A stretch of DNA of 64,000 bases from Macrostomum lignano (Eukaryota): assembly GCA_002269645.1 (NCBI GenBank), contig NIVC01003252.1, forward strand, positions 40,108 through 104,107, in the 5' to 3' direction. Each line of letters starts with the position of its first letter. Position 1 is the first letter of the stretch. The position numbers and the translations under genes were made by a program. Positions 1 through 12,370 of the stretch are shown here, in pieces. The notes beneath the pieces were generated by a model, which was not told where the DNA came from, searched no databases, and was given only the letters and a program-made list of their open reading frames with translations.

Positions 1-919
1 GAATACCATGTAGGCGGCAACATCAGTATGGAGGCGGCTGGGGAGACGGCGGCGAACCTGGACGAAGACATCGCAAAGAAGGAGAAGGAGATCAGACAGT
101 TGTGTCTTAGACCGGGAAGATAATTACAGTGAACTGCTTGATCGATTGTTGTCACAGAACAGGGCTAATGAACGGATGGAGTGTTCTCACAAAGCAAAGA
201 GCAAGGCTCTTTCGATGTGTGATTTCATTGGCGGCTAGTGGTCGTGGTGGGCGAATCACTTAAAAAGAAGAGAAAACCTAATCCGGATTGCATAACGGTA
301 AATACAGTATATGGTAGGCAGTTGCAGACTAACGATGCAAATGATCAATGACGGTGTCCTGGTGACTAATAAGAATGGAATTGCTGATGCGACTGATCTA
401 ATTAACTACCTACGCTACTTAATTAAGATAGTCGAACTGTTTGATGCTTTGGCAGCAACGCTTTGAAAAACCAATGGACAACAAGATCCTCAGAACCCCA
501 GACGTGGAAGAGCTCTTACCTTTGTTAGGTTAACTTTAAGCAATTTAATCGCAGTACATGTAGTAGATATTTCCGTCCGGCTTCAAATTTCAGCATCTCT
601 TCTGTATCTGTTGAGACCCACCCTGGGATCAATACAACAATTAGCAACTAGTGAATATTGAGGTCGACATGAATTATTACACCAAGAATGAAGTCAACAC
701 TGATATTGAAACACATCCAGACTGCTGATGATGCTATACGTGATGAAAGATTGACCATCCACTTCGAGTATTTCTAGTCTATTTTTTTTAAACACAACGT
801 ATTCCGTAAGCAAACTGGCTTGAAGTTAAAGGTAAACAAAAGCAGCGTAGAGCAGCCGTTACTCTTCTAAAAATCAATCAATCTTTTAACCTCGTTTATC
901 AATCAGTAATGACGCGTCC

Positions 920-1650
920 TCAGGCGTGCACGAAGAGAGTCCAGTTGGGTCCGGTCAGGCTGGCTGGCGGGTAGGCGAACGCCAGCAGGCGGCAGTCGAG
1001 CAGCCGCTTGGAGAAGACGACGGACGGCCTGGCAGTCGGCTCTGGCGCTGCACTTGGCCAGACAGTCCATGACGGATGGGGCATCGGCCGGCCAGGACGA
1101 TGTCTTGCTGTTCTCCAGAGTAAAGTTAGTATTCTCCAGTTTGCAGAAATTTTTTGTCTGAAGAAGATATTGTTTAAAAAACATCAGCAACTTTGAAAGG
1201 CAACTGCATAACCAAAGCAGCAACTTACTCTGGTAGGTCAGAGCGAACACAGAGTTGATGCTCGAGGCTCCGCACATCTGTAGCGGATTTCCCGTGCACT
1301 GCCTGTTGCACTGACTATCGCTGAGCTGTCCGTGGAGTCCATAGGAGGTGCTGCAGAAGCACTGCCGGCTGACCTGCACTCCAAAGTAAGGGAAGCCGCC
1401 CAGAGAACAGACGTTAGCACAGAACTCGTGTGACATGTTGCTGAGACTCTGAACTATGCCGGCTGAAGCGAAAACGGTGTTCGGCCCCAGCTTAGTCATT
1501 CCAAGTAGTCCGGTGTCAGGTCTCTGTTCGAGTTATCACCATCTTTGTAGCAACCGAAGTAGGAGATCTTCACCATCCGGCCAGCTGCACAGAACAAGGG
1601 AGCGCACAGCAATCCCGACTACCAAGAAAATACGCGTTGACAATTTTACA
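920..1650 (-). pseudogene. WSC + PAN/Apple secreted protein, copy A (disabled; closest to copy I)
   Basis: Reads GLLCAPLFCAAGRMVKISYFGCYKDGDNSNRDLT, then after a frameshift ...MSHEFCANVCSLGGFPYFGVQVSRQCFC...CGASSINSVFALTY. GTAAGT donor at 1228, CAG acceptor at 1160-1158, PAN exon DCLAKCSARADCQA...LAFAYPPASL, TGA at 922-920. Relative to copy I there is no ATG, a TAG in place of Gln, and indels at about 1505, 1150 and 1020. Confidence 0.85.
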
Positions 1651-1842
1651 GTATCTAAACTTATGTTTACAGCAAGTTTTTTTTTTAACCATTTCAGACG
1701 TCCGTGAAACTTTTAAAGCTTCTCCGGGTGAGCAGAGATTTTCCGCAGTTTTCTATCCAATCAGATTAGATCTAGAAAACATAGGCAGTCTATAGAAGGA
1801 TACAAATGAACAACTACTCGCTCGGCAAGCTTTTTCACCTTA

Positions 1843-2070
1843 AGGGCCAGATAAAGAATCCAGCTAATGGATGCAGACCAGATAAGAGTGGAAAGGCGAC
1901 GGAATAGAAAATTAGAGACGAGGTAAGCGAGGAGAAGCGAGAGGTGGGATGAGAGAAAAGATGGATGATAAGAGGAAAAAGGGAGAGAAAAGAGATGAAA
2001 GATGGGAGAGGAGAGGGGAGAGAGAGGAGAAGAGGGTAGAGAGGAGAAATGAGATTTGTACTTTTGTACC
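1843..2070 (-). repeat. Fragment of the CT-rich HINE-like family
   Basis: gggccagataaagaatccagc followed by a GA-rich tract resembles the reverse complement of about 4700-4850. Confidence 0.55.
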
Positions 2071-2139
2071 TTTGTACACTCTCATGCATATGAATAATAA
2101 TACGTAAGCATTATTAACAAATGCTGTTTTTATGATCAT

Positions 2140-2325
2140 GATTACACCTGGCCTAATTGGGCAAGATGTGCAACCGACAGCTCAGCAGCATCTGAAGGCT
2201 GCGTAAGGCTCGTCAGTCCAAGGACTGGGGGATCGCCACACACACCCTCAATTACCCCGGCTAATGCTGGCGCGGCACCCATTTTACAGATAGGTGAACT
2301 GAGTCTTGCTGATGTGTTCCTTATT
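2140..2325 (-). mobile_element. SINE 3' half (same family as 60285-60590)
   Basis: Reverse complement cagttcacctatctgtaaaatgggtgccgcgccagcattagccggggtaattgaggg...gctgagctgtcggttgcacatc aligns by eye with 60405-60570. Confidence 0.7.
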
Positions 2326-2984
2326 ACCAGTCCTCAACTGTAACCAAGGAACAATCACTTCTAGCTCGGTAGCTAGGCAACCCAGTAAGTCAACAGAAGG
2401 TATTTAAATACCTTGAGTCCTTATGAGATATCTCTTCAATGTGGATCTCGTGTAGATCTCGTCTGTAGTTCCTTTTGTGAGTATCAGTTGATCTGATAGA
2501 TCAGGCGCCTTGGTTCTTCAGTTGCTCTGGTCTTGGTTCCTCTTGTACTTCCGATGAAGTTGTTCCGGCCGGTATCTGTCGTTCGGACCAATAGGAAGCT
2601 TCCAAATTAACAATGGGTACCCTGCGCCAAACTGCGGTATCGTCTAAGCCTTCTCCTTCTAGCAGTGCCTCTATGCACTCTAGGAATAGGTCCGGAAACC
2701 ACTGATAGTCTTCTAAGATCTATCAGGGGCAGTCCTTCTGGAGACTGCAACCAGTGGAGTCTAACTAGACTCAAGAGTCTCAACAGACTCAAATAAACTC
2801 AAGTCACACTAGACTAGAGCGAGACGTCTCAACCAACGGGCGCAAATGAGTAAGGCTTACCGCAATAACTCGACCGAGCTTCGAGTTTCTTCAGGAAGTC
2901 TGCTGCAGCTTCCTCTTCGGAGCTTTCTCTTCGTAGAACTTGTTGGCTTCGGGTCCGTTCCGGACCACTTGTATTTATAGGCGC

Positions 2985-3966
2985 ACAAGCTGTTGAAACC
3001 CGCGGATTTTGAACCCGGGGAATTCCAATCCCCGGAACTACTTTTGCATGTATTCTGAAATCTAAGGTCATACACAAACAAAAACTTGTTAATAGTTAGT
3101 AGGATAGAGGTAGACATAAAATGGAGCACATTCGTGTAAAATTAGGGTTTGAGACATTGTTGGCTGGGGTACTGTGCAGAATGTCAGGCAATGTCTGTCT
3201 GACTCTAAAACATGTATTGGCAAACCCTGGCCTCTCCCTGACTCCCCCTATGTCCCTTGGATCCTTTAAAATTTCTATAGTCTCTTCTGTTTCCTCTCTT
3301 CTCTCTCGTCCCTCGTCTCTCCTCTCTCTTCTCTCCTCTCTTCTCTCATATCTTCCCTCATCTCTCTTCTCTTTCATCTCTCTTATCTCTTGTCTCTTCT
3401 CTCTACTCTTTCCTCTCTCTCTCCTCTCTACTTTTCGTTTTCTCTCTTCTCTCCTCTCTCCTGTCTCCTCTCTACTTTTCGTTTTCTCTCTCCTCTCCTC
3501 TCTCCTCTCTACTCTTTCCTTTTCTCTCTCCTCTCCTCTCTCCTATCTTCTTTCGTTTCTTCCCTCATCTCTCTTCTCTTTCATATCTCTTATCTCATCT
3601 CTTCCCTTTCGTTTTCTCTCTTCTTCTCTCTCCTCTCTCCCCCTCTTCTCTCGTCTCTTCCTTCTCCTCTCTATTCTTTTCTCTCTTCTCTTAACTCTCT
3701 CCTCTCTCCTCTCTACTCTTTCCTCTCTCTCTCCTTTCTCCCCTCTTCTATCGTCTCTTCTCTCACCTCTTTCCTCTCTCTCTTTCCTCTCATTTCTTTT
3801 CTTGTTTTATCTCTTCTCTCTCCCCTCGTCGCTCGTCTCTTCCCTCACCTCTCTTCTCTCTTGTCTGCGTTTTTATCTCTCCTTTCTCTTCTTTTATCTT
3901 TTCTCTCTTATCTCTTCTCGTTTCTCTCTGCTCTGCGCTCTCTCTATCTCTCTGTCTCTCTTTCTC

Positions 3967-4029
<63 letters not shown>

Positions 4030-6060
4030 TCTCCTCTCCCATCTCTCTTCTCCTCTCTACTCTCTCCCCTCTTCATTCTCCTATTTCCTCTTCTCTCTCC
4101 CTGTCTCTCCTCTCTCCTCTAGTCTCTGTAATCTCTTCTCTCTTATCTCTCCTCTGTTCTCTCTACTCTCCCATCTCTCGTCTGTTCACCCTCATCTCTG
4201 CTCTCTCATCTGTCATCTTTACTCTCTAATACGTTCTCTCACTTATTTCCTCTGTACTCTTCTCTTTCACCTCTTCAGACTCCTCTCTTTCCTTACTCCT
4301 CTCTTCTTTTCTCTTCCCTCTTCTATACTCTCTCTCCTCTATTATCTTCTCTCGTCTCTCTGCACTCTCCTCTCACCTTTTTCATCTCTCATCTCTCCTT
4401 TCATTTGTCTCATCTCTACAATCTCATCTCTCCTTTCTCCCCTCTTCTTACACCCCTCTCTTATCTCTATCTCTTCTCTTCTCACTCCTCTCTCCCCCTC
4501 TTATCTCCTCTCTTCTCTATCCTTTCTACTCTCTCCTCTCCTCTTGACCCTCTGTCATCTTCTTTCTGCTCTCTCATCTCTACTCTCTTCTCACTCTTCT
4601 CTACTCTCCTCTCGTCGATCCTCTGTCTCATCTCTCCCCTCTTCTCACCTTTACTCTTTCCTCTCCCTCCTTTCTCCCCTCCTCTCGCTTCTTCCTCCCT
4701 TCTTCTCTGCTCTCTCCTCATCACTTGTCTCTCCTCTTATCTTCGATTTTTTCTCTTATCCCCCTCTCGCCTCTCCTCTCTTCTAATAGTCTATTCCTTC
4801 TCCTTTCCACTCTCATCTGGCCCGCACATAAGCTGGATTCTTTATCTGGCTTTTGAAGTAAAAGTCTGCCGATCCCTGCTTCGAAAGCCAGTTTGTGGGA
4901 CGTACTACTCTGATAGTTGTTCTCATGCTTTGATCACGTCATCTTTCTTGCCAATTTGCAGCCCTGAAAGGAATTTGTGTATCTTCAGCTCCACTGCAGT
5001 CTGCATCAGTCTAACAACCAAGGAAATACGCATTTCTTAGGCCATTTAAATTTCAAAGTACTTTTAAGAGAAACTTAAAATTTCAATGGTGTGCCTAATT
5101 TAGTAGGGTTGTATTTCATTGCATCGCATCGCCTTTTCATAAATCTTTCGCTTTTACAAACCATGCTGGATTGCCTCGATTTGCCAATTGCCATCCACTG
5201 TTAAACTGCTGCAGAGTTTGCCTATACAGAGGGCAGGGCAGTGGTTAGAATTTCTCACTAAACTGTTATGGCTAAACGTAGCCTCTCCACTCTCGGGGTG
5301 CGAGATTGCGAGAAGGCTATAAATAAATTTATTCCAAAACACTTTACATTTGCTATGTACATTCAGTCCTATCGCCTGACCCTTCGTCTGGCTCTGGGGG
5401 AATGAGTGAGTGAGTGGCACAAACAACAGAAAAAGCAGACAAACTTCTTACAGTCCTTACTGTAAGTTCTTACTTCTTACAGTTTCTTTTTCGGTTGAGT
5501 TACAGAGTTGAAACTTTACATTTAGATAGAGAATGGGTCAATGAAGAATTGTGTCAAGTTTGAAGTCAATCGCTTCACGTGGAGCAAACTTATGGCAGCT
5601 GAAAGTTAGTCAATTTTGAAACCCTTTTACACATCTGGGCCCAGATCGGGAAAGAGAAGCAGGCGGGCGGAGGTTGGGGTGGTTGCTACGCTGAAAAAAA
5701 CAGCCTAAGTTTAAAAGTGCACAGCGCCGTTTAGGATTAACCTTGAGACTCGAAATTTTACACAATTATGTCAAAATAGTTGAAAATTGTCTGTGTCAAA
5801 TTTGAAGAGAATCAGTAGAAGTGGAGCGGCGCTATGGAGGATTAAGTGAAAAAATCGCGCATTTTGAGCTGTTTTTGCACTTTTAGGTGGGAAGACTCAA
5901 ATTTAGGAAATTTTAAGGTAGCCTATGACACTTTCCGTAGTGAATTTAGAGTGGGTGCAAAATTTGGTGTAATTTGGTTGAGCGGTTTGGGAGTCTATAG
6001 CGAAGATTTTTGTACACAGACAGACACACACACAGAGTTTTGATTTTTATAGTTAGAGAT
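2985..6060 (+). mobile_element. Non-autonomous Helentron/HINE-like element with about 1.5 kb internal polypyrimidine tract, copy 1
   Basis: 5' end acaagctgttgaaacccgcgg followed by hairpin ccgggga...tccccgg. 3' end has a (CAGA)/(CA) microsatellite then tttttatagttagagat before a T run, a layout like DINE-1/Lep1 HINEs. A near-identical inverted copy lies at 52759-55790. Confidence 0.65.
3255..4800 (+). repeat. CT-rich low-complexity tract including a perfect (TC)n at about 3975-4025
   Basis: Directly visible; source of the spurious S/L/F-rich ORFs. Confidence 0.95.
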
Positions 6061-6239
6061 TTTCAGTCCAAAATAGCAGCATTACAACTCACGTGTTGCG
6101 CTAAAAGGGGAACATGGCTCATGGCGTATTTTTCTGGTAAAATATTTTTTCTGGTAACATGATTCATTTAAGATTTAGGTGCGCATGCGTGTACTTGCTT
6201 ACTTACAGTAGCATCCTACGATTAACTTCCTTTTCCTTT

Positions 6240-6357
6240 TTACGGGAGGTTGAACACTCTACATTGCTCAATAACACAAATTGTTCCAGTGGGATTGAAA
6301 ATAGAACCCCGGACCTTCGAAGCGCGAGTCGAACGCTCTGACCAATAGGCTACAGAC
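6240..6357 (-). mobile_element. tRNA-derived SINE head
   Basis: Reverse complement gtagcctattggtcagagcgttcgactcgcgcttcgaaggtccggggttc has A/B-box-like motifs and resembles the head of the SINE at 60285. Confidence 0.55.
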
Positions 6358-8841
6358 TTCATTAACAAAGTTGCATTAGTAAACTTACATACTGAGCACA
6401 GCGCAGCTGATTTTCTCATTTATCAGACAGTGTAGACACTGTGAATTGATAAGCAAACCCGATCAGAACCAATGCATAAACCCTCAATTCATGGCCCCAT
6501 GGTTACTAGAATCCTTGGGTCTTTGGAAGGAGAGTCGCTGGTGCTACTCATTTCTTGTATTTGTGCATAGCCAGACAGTAATAAAATGGCACAAGATAGC
6601 TTAAAAACCTTGCTTTAAGCTTGCAGTCCTAAGTATGAATCCAGGAGTTGTCCTAGAAAAATGCAGCTGAAAATTATACTTGAGAATTCAGCAATTCAAC
6701 GATGGTTGAAAACATACCGTTTCTTCTATCTGCTAAGATGCAAAACTTTTGGTCTTACCAGCTCCGGGCAGCAAAGCTGTCTTCATTGTTGCGAAAGTTT
6801 GAAAATTCTCAGCTATTCAAAAACTTAAAAAATGGAGGAAAAGCAGCAGTCTTGAGGATAGAAAAAGTTGAGTATAGGTAATTTTTAAAGGTTCAACAAC
6901 TTTTTTACAGCTCCTGAACTCTCGCCCCTTCTTGTACCATCAATGAGCCAACTTCTTAGCTGAGTTCTCTGCAGCAGTCATTGTTCGATTGTTTCTCGAA
7001 GCTGCTAGCTTTACCTCTCTTCAAAGCATCTCTATCAAGCCGAAAAAGTTTAATCCCACTAGCAATTTTTATTTCTAAAATGCAATTAGCTGTTGGTTTG
7101 CGAGGATACCCTACATTTCAGAACAATGTCTTGTTACACTACCTGCTGTGCGAACTAGGCATGATACTGTTGCGCAGTCTACTCACTCGACAGTTCCTCA
7201 ACCATCGCGGCCTCCACACAATAAAACATCCATATACTAAAAATGGTGCTAATCTTGCTTGAAGACTATTCATTGTTTTTCCTGTTTCAAGCTGAGTGAG
7301 ACATTAAAAAGGTTCTTCTTGTTTTGTTTGCTCTGATTGTAAATTATGGTGAGTTTCTAACATTCTCTAGACTCTTCTCATCAGTAAAGGTGAAGTGACG
7401 TTGTGTGCCACCTTCGGCCAGCATTGTTTCAGTTCTCGGTGCAGCTGGATAATTTCTTTATCGAATATGGCAACTGCATCGAATAGGGCGACATGTGGAT
7501 GGGTGAGGTCAAAATTCTTTCAGCGCTCAAACTCTGTACCCAATACCGTTCAGCAAAGATTTTTTACACATTGAATATAAAATTTATTTCAGATGGCAGC
7601 AGCGTTTAGCGTTCAAGTGACGCCATTCAGTGACTCGACTACTCGACAAGTAGTATTTTCGCAACTGTACTTTTCAGTAAATTCCTAACTTATACCGTAT
7701 TAGTAAAGGAGAGCTAGACAAAAGACAGTCGAATCTGGAATGTTTAAAAAAAGGCTAGAGGATGCCCTATGGGTGAACATTATTCCCTCCTGTAATTGTT
7801 GCAACTAATTAGACAGGAATAAAAAAGTACATACCGGTATATTAGCGAGAAAAATTAAACGTGGGCAAACCTAGCAGCCACAAAAGGTCTAAATGTGCAC
7901 CCCGCCCCCCTCCCGCACACTGAAGGTGGTTAGCACTCGCGGGATCGTGCAAACCGATGCATACTATGTTATGTTCCTGTCGTGTTCAGCTGTTATGCTC
8001 GGTTCTTTACTCTCCTTCGTAGCTGAACTCTTCTAAGGCTCAACTGCAGGGACTCTAGAGCAGTCAGCGTGGATTTCTCCGTTTACGGCTGCTTCTGTCG
8101 CCACCGCTTCCTTCAGGGCCAGGTACCTGAGGAACGATTCATTTTTTGTTGCTCAGACAGTCAGAATACTACTTTTACTTGTAGGATACCATAGTCATTG
8201 GCCTACAAAACTATTTTAACGTCTACTCACCTACAAGTAAATTATATTTATGTGGAATATAATGCTTGGCCACCTGAAGCAGCAGGGTTTAATAGTCGAA
8301 TCGTTGCTTGTTGCGCACGTCATGCTCTGTGTGGTTAAAGGATGAAGCTGGTGAGTTCTTCAGCTAGCTATAGCAATTCTTGGCTTCCCATTGTGTACAG
8401 CTTAACGACACAACCGATGGTAGCATTCTGATGAAAATGTCTTTCTGACTTTCATGAAATGCATCGAAGAAGCCTTACCGTGACATCGCAACAACTAGTG
8501 GAACGGACGCGCCAAAGTGCCTCCACTTGAGGTTGGCTATCAGCACAATGAGCGCTGATAAGCCCATCTCTAAGAACGTGACCAAGCGTGTCTATGGGAA
8601 AAATCATTTTACGCTATGCCTGATATTTTCCCTACGAAGGTATGCATCATGGCTCGTTTATTGGCACGAGAAACTGCTAAGCGACTTGAACCGTTGCTTG
8701 TAAATGTATTCGCTTGACTCCCTTGATTCACTTGTGCATTAAACTGCATCCTAGTTACAGCACTTTTGTGAACTCCTTCTTGTAGCCAAATTACCTGCAA
8801 AAGCATTCATTGTTAAATGATACAAACAAGCTAGGAAGCTT

Positions 8842-10932
8842 GACTTACTTACTTGACTTAGCTGCAGGGGGCTCCGTGCGTCCGGAAACAGCGAGGGGGC
8901 GTTGCCGCCCATTTCGCTAACCCCTGGCAACCACGGGCAGCTAGTGCTGCGGTGTCGCGCAGGGAGTTCCGGTGGCGCCGGCGTCCGCAGCGCGGTCCCC
9001 TTCCGGAGAGTCCAGGAGGGGATTGTCGCTCGCCCGGTAGCCCTTAGGTAGCGGACGAGCTGGCAGAGATTCTCGGGCCTGAAAACGTCGGAGAGGTCCG
9101 GGTTTGGGCCGAGGTAGGTGAGCCTGTCCTGAGTAAAGGCGGGGCATTCACAGATGAAGTGCTCCGCATTCTCGACACCGGAGAGGCAGAAAGGGCATTC
9201 CTCACTGCGGATTTTCTCCTGGAGGTAACGATGCCTGGCAAAGCAGCCATGACCCGAGAGGGCCATGGTAACCGCCCTGATGTCCCTGCGGTTGAGTCCA
9301 AGCAGGGCCCTGCGTAGGGCGGAGGAGGGACAGGGGACAGCCGCGCAGGATTGCTGGCAGTCGGGGGCGTTAGCCTACCTATCCCTGTGCTTAGAAGCCA
9401 CCCACTGGTTGATCCGAGTGGTGACAAGGGCGATGGGGGTGGGGGCCACGGGCAGGGGACCAGTGAAAGAACCGGTCGAGCCAGCCTTGGCCAGGCGATC
9501 GGCCAGCTCGTTGCCGGGGTGGCCCGAATGCCCGGGGATCCACCTTAGGGACACCTTGTTGGAGGCGCCTAAGCGGTTGAGCTGCCCGATGCAGCCGAGG
9601 ACTGTATGCGAGCAGGTGGTGGTGCGCTCAAGGGCGTGAATCGCCGCTTGACTGTCCGAGTGGAGGGTAACTTCCTTCCCCCAGACGCGCTGAATGTACA
9701 GCTCCATGGCGCAGGAGCTGATGGCGAGAACTTCGTTCTGGAAGACGGTGGAGCAGGTGCCGGTGTGTTGGGAGAAGGTCGCCACAGTTCTCCTTCCAGA
9801 CACGATGCAGTAGCCGTATCCAGAGGCGGAGTTGATTTGGGACCCGTCAGTGAAGCAGTGGATTTCATGGGGTTTCCAGTTGTCTCTCGCTTCATGGCGT
9901 GGTGGAATGCTTGTTTTGAATTTGAGCGGGGGCAGAGCGTGGACGGGATTCCGTCCGAGAGGGTCAGCAGGCCTCTCGCTGCTTCCAGGTCTCGCAGGCT
10001 GAGGTCGCCATGCGGCCGGAGGTTCCGCTTTCTGAAGGCAAACTGCTTCTGGATTTGGACACCCGCGTCAAGCAGACGACATGTGGTTTTCATTGCCTCC
10101 CCTCTAACAAAGAGGTCGAGGGGGGAATGTCCAAGAAGGAGTTCATGCCAGCGAAGGGCGTTGAGGGAGCCGCGCTCATGATAGCTCGACAAGCGCGGCC
10201 TTGCACCCTATTTAAAACCTCAAGAACCCCTTTCACCTCTAGGGCACTGTTCCAAATGAAGCCGGCGAAGGAGATGGCCGGTCTAACAATGGCAGTGTAA
10301 ATCCACCAGAGGCGGCGGGGGGTGAGGCCCCAGGTAGCACCGAAAGCTCTGCGAATCTGCGCGAGAGTCGCGAGAGCTTTGCGGGCCTTGGTTTGGACGT
10401 GCGGGTTCCAGCTCAACCTGTGGTCGAGGGTGACGCCCAGACATCTAGTTTTTTTCTCCATGGCAACAGGTTTGCCAAAGAGGGAGAGCGGTTCGATCCT
10501 CCAGTTTCGGCGGCTGGTGAACATGATAGCCACGGTTTTAGACTCAGAGAACCTGAGACCGCAGCTTTGTGCCCAGCGCTCGGCACGGTGGATGAAGGCT
10601 TGAAGGAGGTCCCTGAGGACCGCGGGCGATGGTCCAGTCACAGTGGCGGTAACATCGTCCGCATAGCCGACCTTCTGAACAGGGTCCGGATGCGGGCTGC
10701 AAAGCAGCTCGTCCATGACTAAGTTCCAGAGGATCGGGCTGAGGACTCCACGTTGCGGTCCGCCTTTCTGGACTTCCACGGAGCGTGAGTGTGCCAGGAG
10801 GTGCGAGGTGGCAGTACGATGGGAGACCATGTACATAATCCAGCGGGTGAGGTGCTCGTGCGTGCCCCGGGATTCCAGGGCTCGCTTAAAGGCTTCAAAG
10901 AGCACATTGTTGAAAGCACCAATGTAAGCACC
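8842..10932 (-). mobile_element. 5'-truncated non-LTR retrotransposon (RT + RNase H + C-terminal Cys/His motif; LOA/I/R1-like), inactive
   Basis: RT motifs GAFNNV, GVLSPILWNLVMDELL and YADD. RNase H motifs FTDGS, HSDSQAA and WIPGHSGHPGNELADRLAK. C-terminal CPFC...EHFICECP and a (TAAG)-type 3' tail. 13-bp TSD agctaggaagctt at 8829-8841 and 10933-10945. Several frameshifts and a stop at 9375. Confidence 0.92.
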
Positions 10933-11427
10933 AGCTAGGAAGCTTAGATGGCTTCTAAGAAGTGATTCGAATGCTTATGGCTTTTGGACGAATGGACGAA
11001 ACAACTAGTATCTAGTAAAAAAATTAGAGAACGCTACATGTATCTATAAGATAGCCTGCTTAAAGAAGTTTTCAAATCATCATTGCGGAAGGTAGGGCTT
11101 GAGGAAGTCGCCATAGTGACAAGATAAAAAGAGCTTTGGAGAGACAAAACTTGTCCCAAAAAACACCTTGAATATAAAAATATCCGGATGCCAGGGAAAA
11201 GAAACAATTAAACAAAGGAAAACTCTAAAAGAATATCGGTGCTTCCTTTCACACGCTACTCTTCTGTAGGCGATCACAAATGCCCCATGGAGGTGAAACC
11301 TCAGCCAATCCTTGCACAGCATTGGTAGGCGATTCTTCCATTATTGGCTTCTTCCAACTAATATACTCGCAATAAGAAGAACCTTTTCAGCAACTGTTTG
11401 TTTAGTCACTCTCAGGAATTTTTCCCA

Positions 11428-12254
11428 ATGCTGAAACTCTGCGCTCTGTTGCTCTGCTGGGCATTTGGCTCCGGACGCAGCGCCGCTGCTGCGGTGCCGC
11501 CTCAACCGCTGGAGTTTCGCCACCTCGGCTGCTACGTGGATGGCGCTGATGGCAACCGAGATCTTGCAGGACTGGAGGGTGTCGAAAATTTTGGAGAGTT
11601 TGAGACTCACCCACTCGCCCCAGCATTTGGTTACGATAGCGCCAAGATGACATTGGAAATGTGCAGCCAGATGTGCTCTTACGGCCGATTTCGCTACTTT
11701 GGAGTTCAGCATCATAAGTTCTGCTGCTGCGGCTCGGCCTACGGATCGAACGGCATCGCACCAGCTGGCAACTGCAGCTCAAATTGCAACGGAAACTCGT
11801 CTCTGATTTGCGGTGGAGCTTCAAGAAATTCCATCTACGAATTGACTTACTCACCAAGTAAGCGTTTCGGATTAACGCAGCTCGTAGCGCGCAAACGCAG
11901 GTTATGTGAATTTAGCGAAGGACGACCTAAGAAATGAGTTTTTTAACCAACAATATTCGAATACATTTGACCCATTAGGATAAAAATGTTTTCATCCACA
12001 TTTCCGCAGTCGATCCGGTGATGCCGAAACTGCCAGTGACGTCTCTGCCGAACATCACAACCTCCGCAAGCTCCATCACTCACCGCAGCATTGCAACCAG
12101 CAGTGCAGTTGAATGCGCCACCCTCTGCCACGGCAGCCCGGACTGTCAGGGCTGCGCCTTCGTGCCTTCGAGTCGCATGTGCCGCCTGCTGAGATTCGCC
12201 GCTGTGCCCGCTGAGCTGGCCAGCGACGCTGAGGGGGTCTGGATGAAGCTGTGA
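11428..12254 (+). CDS. Secreted WSC + PAN/Apple protein, copy B (exons 11428-11857, 12010-12254; about 224 aa)
   Basis: Signal peptide MLKLCALLLCWAFG and WSC motifs LGCYVD..., MTLEMCSQMC, YFGVQ..FCCCG, CGG..RNSIY. GTAAGC donor at 11858 and ccgcAG acceptor at 12009 join in phase 1. PAN motif ECATLCHGSPDCQGCAF...CRLLRF. Confidence 0.88.
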
Positions 12255-12370
12255 GGCTGAGTGGGTCTGGATGAAGCTGTGAGACGTAGTGGGTCTGGAT
12301 GAAGCTGTGAGACTGAGTGGGTCTGGATGAAGCTGTGAGGCTGAGTGACCGGTGGGATGAAGCTCCGAGT
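12235..12370 (+). repeat. 28-bp minisatellite (4 full + 1 degenerate unit) built from the last codons and stop of copy B
   Basis: Unit gggtctggatgaagctgtgaggctgagt at 12235, 12263, 12291 and 12319. Confidence 0.95.

Noticed and set aside
903-1499. 198-aa ORF as an intact intronless gene
   Set aside because: It reads through the intron by chance after indels; comparison with copy I shows lost start, a nonsense codon and frameshifts.
3121-5040. Long Ser/Leu/Phe-rich ORFs (also 46683-48015, 53764-55624) and Arg/Glu-rich antisense ORFs
   Set aside because: They arise from stop-poor CT/GA tracts inside a repeated element, occur in several frames at once, and have no domain features.
6240-6357. 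tRNA genes (also 60290-60360, 38575-38630)
   Set aside because: No complete cloverleaf; the first two are SINE heads and the third lacks convincing boxes.
7340-7390. CUGAUGA...GAAA hammerhead-like string on the minus strand
   Set aside because: No stem II can form between the core motifs.
8560-11340. Faint integrase-like peptides flanking the LINE (FHLHGAF..., FVGKISG...WSR)
   Set aside because: Similarity is too weak and broken to support without a search.
12235-12370. CRISPR-like regular repeats (also 35620-35912)
   Set aside because: Units are head-to-tail without unique spacers, there are no cas genes, and the context is eukaryotic.
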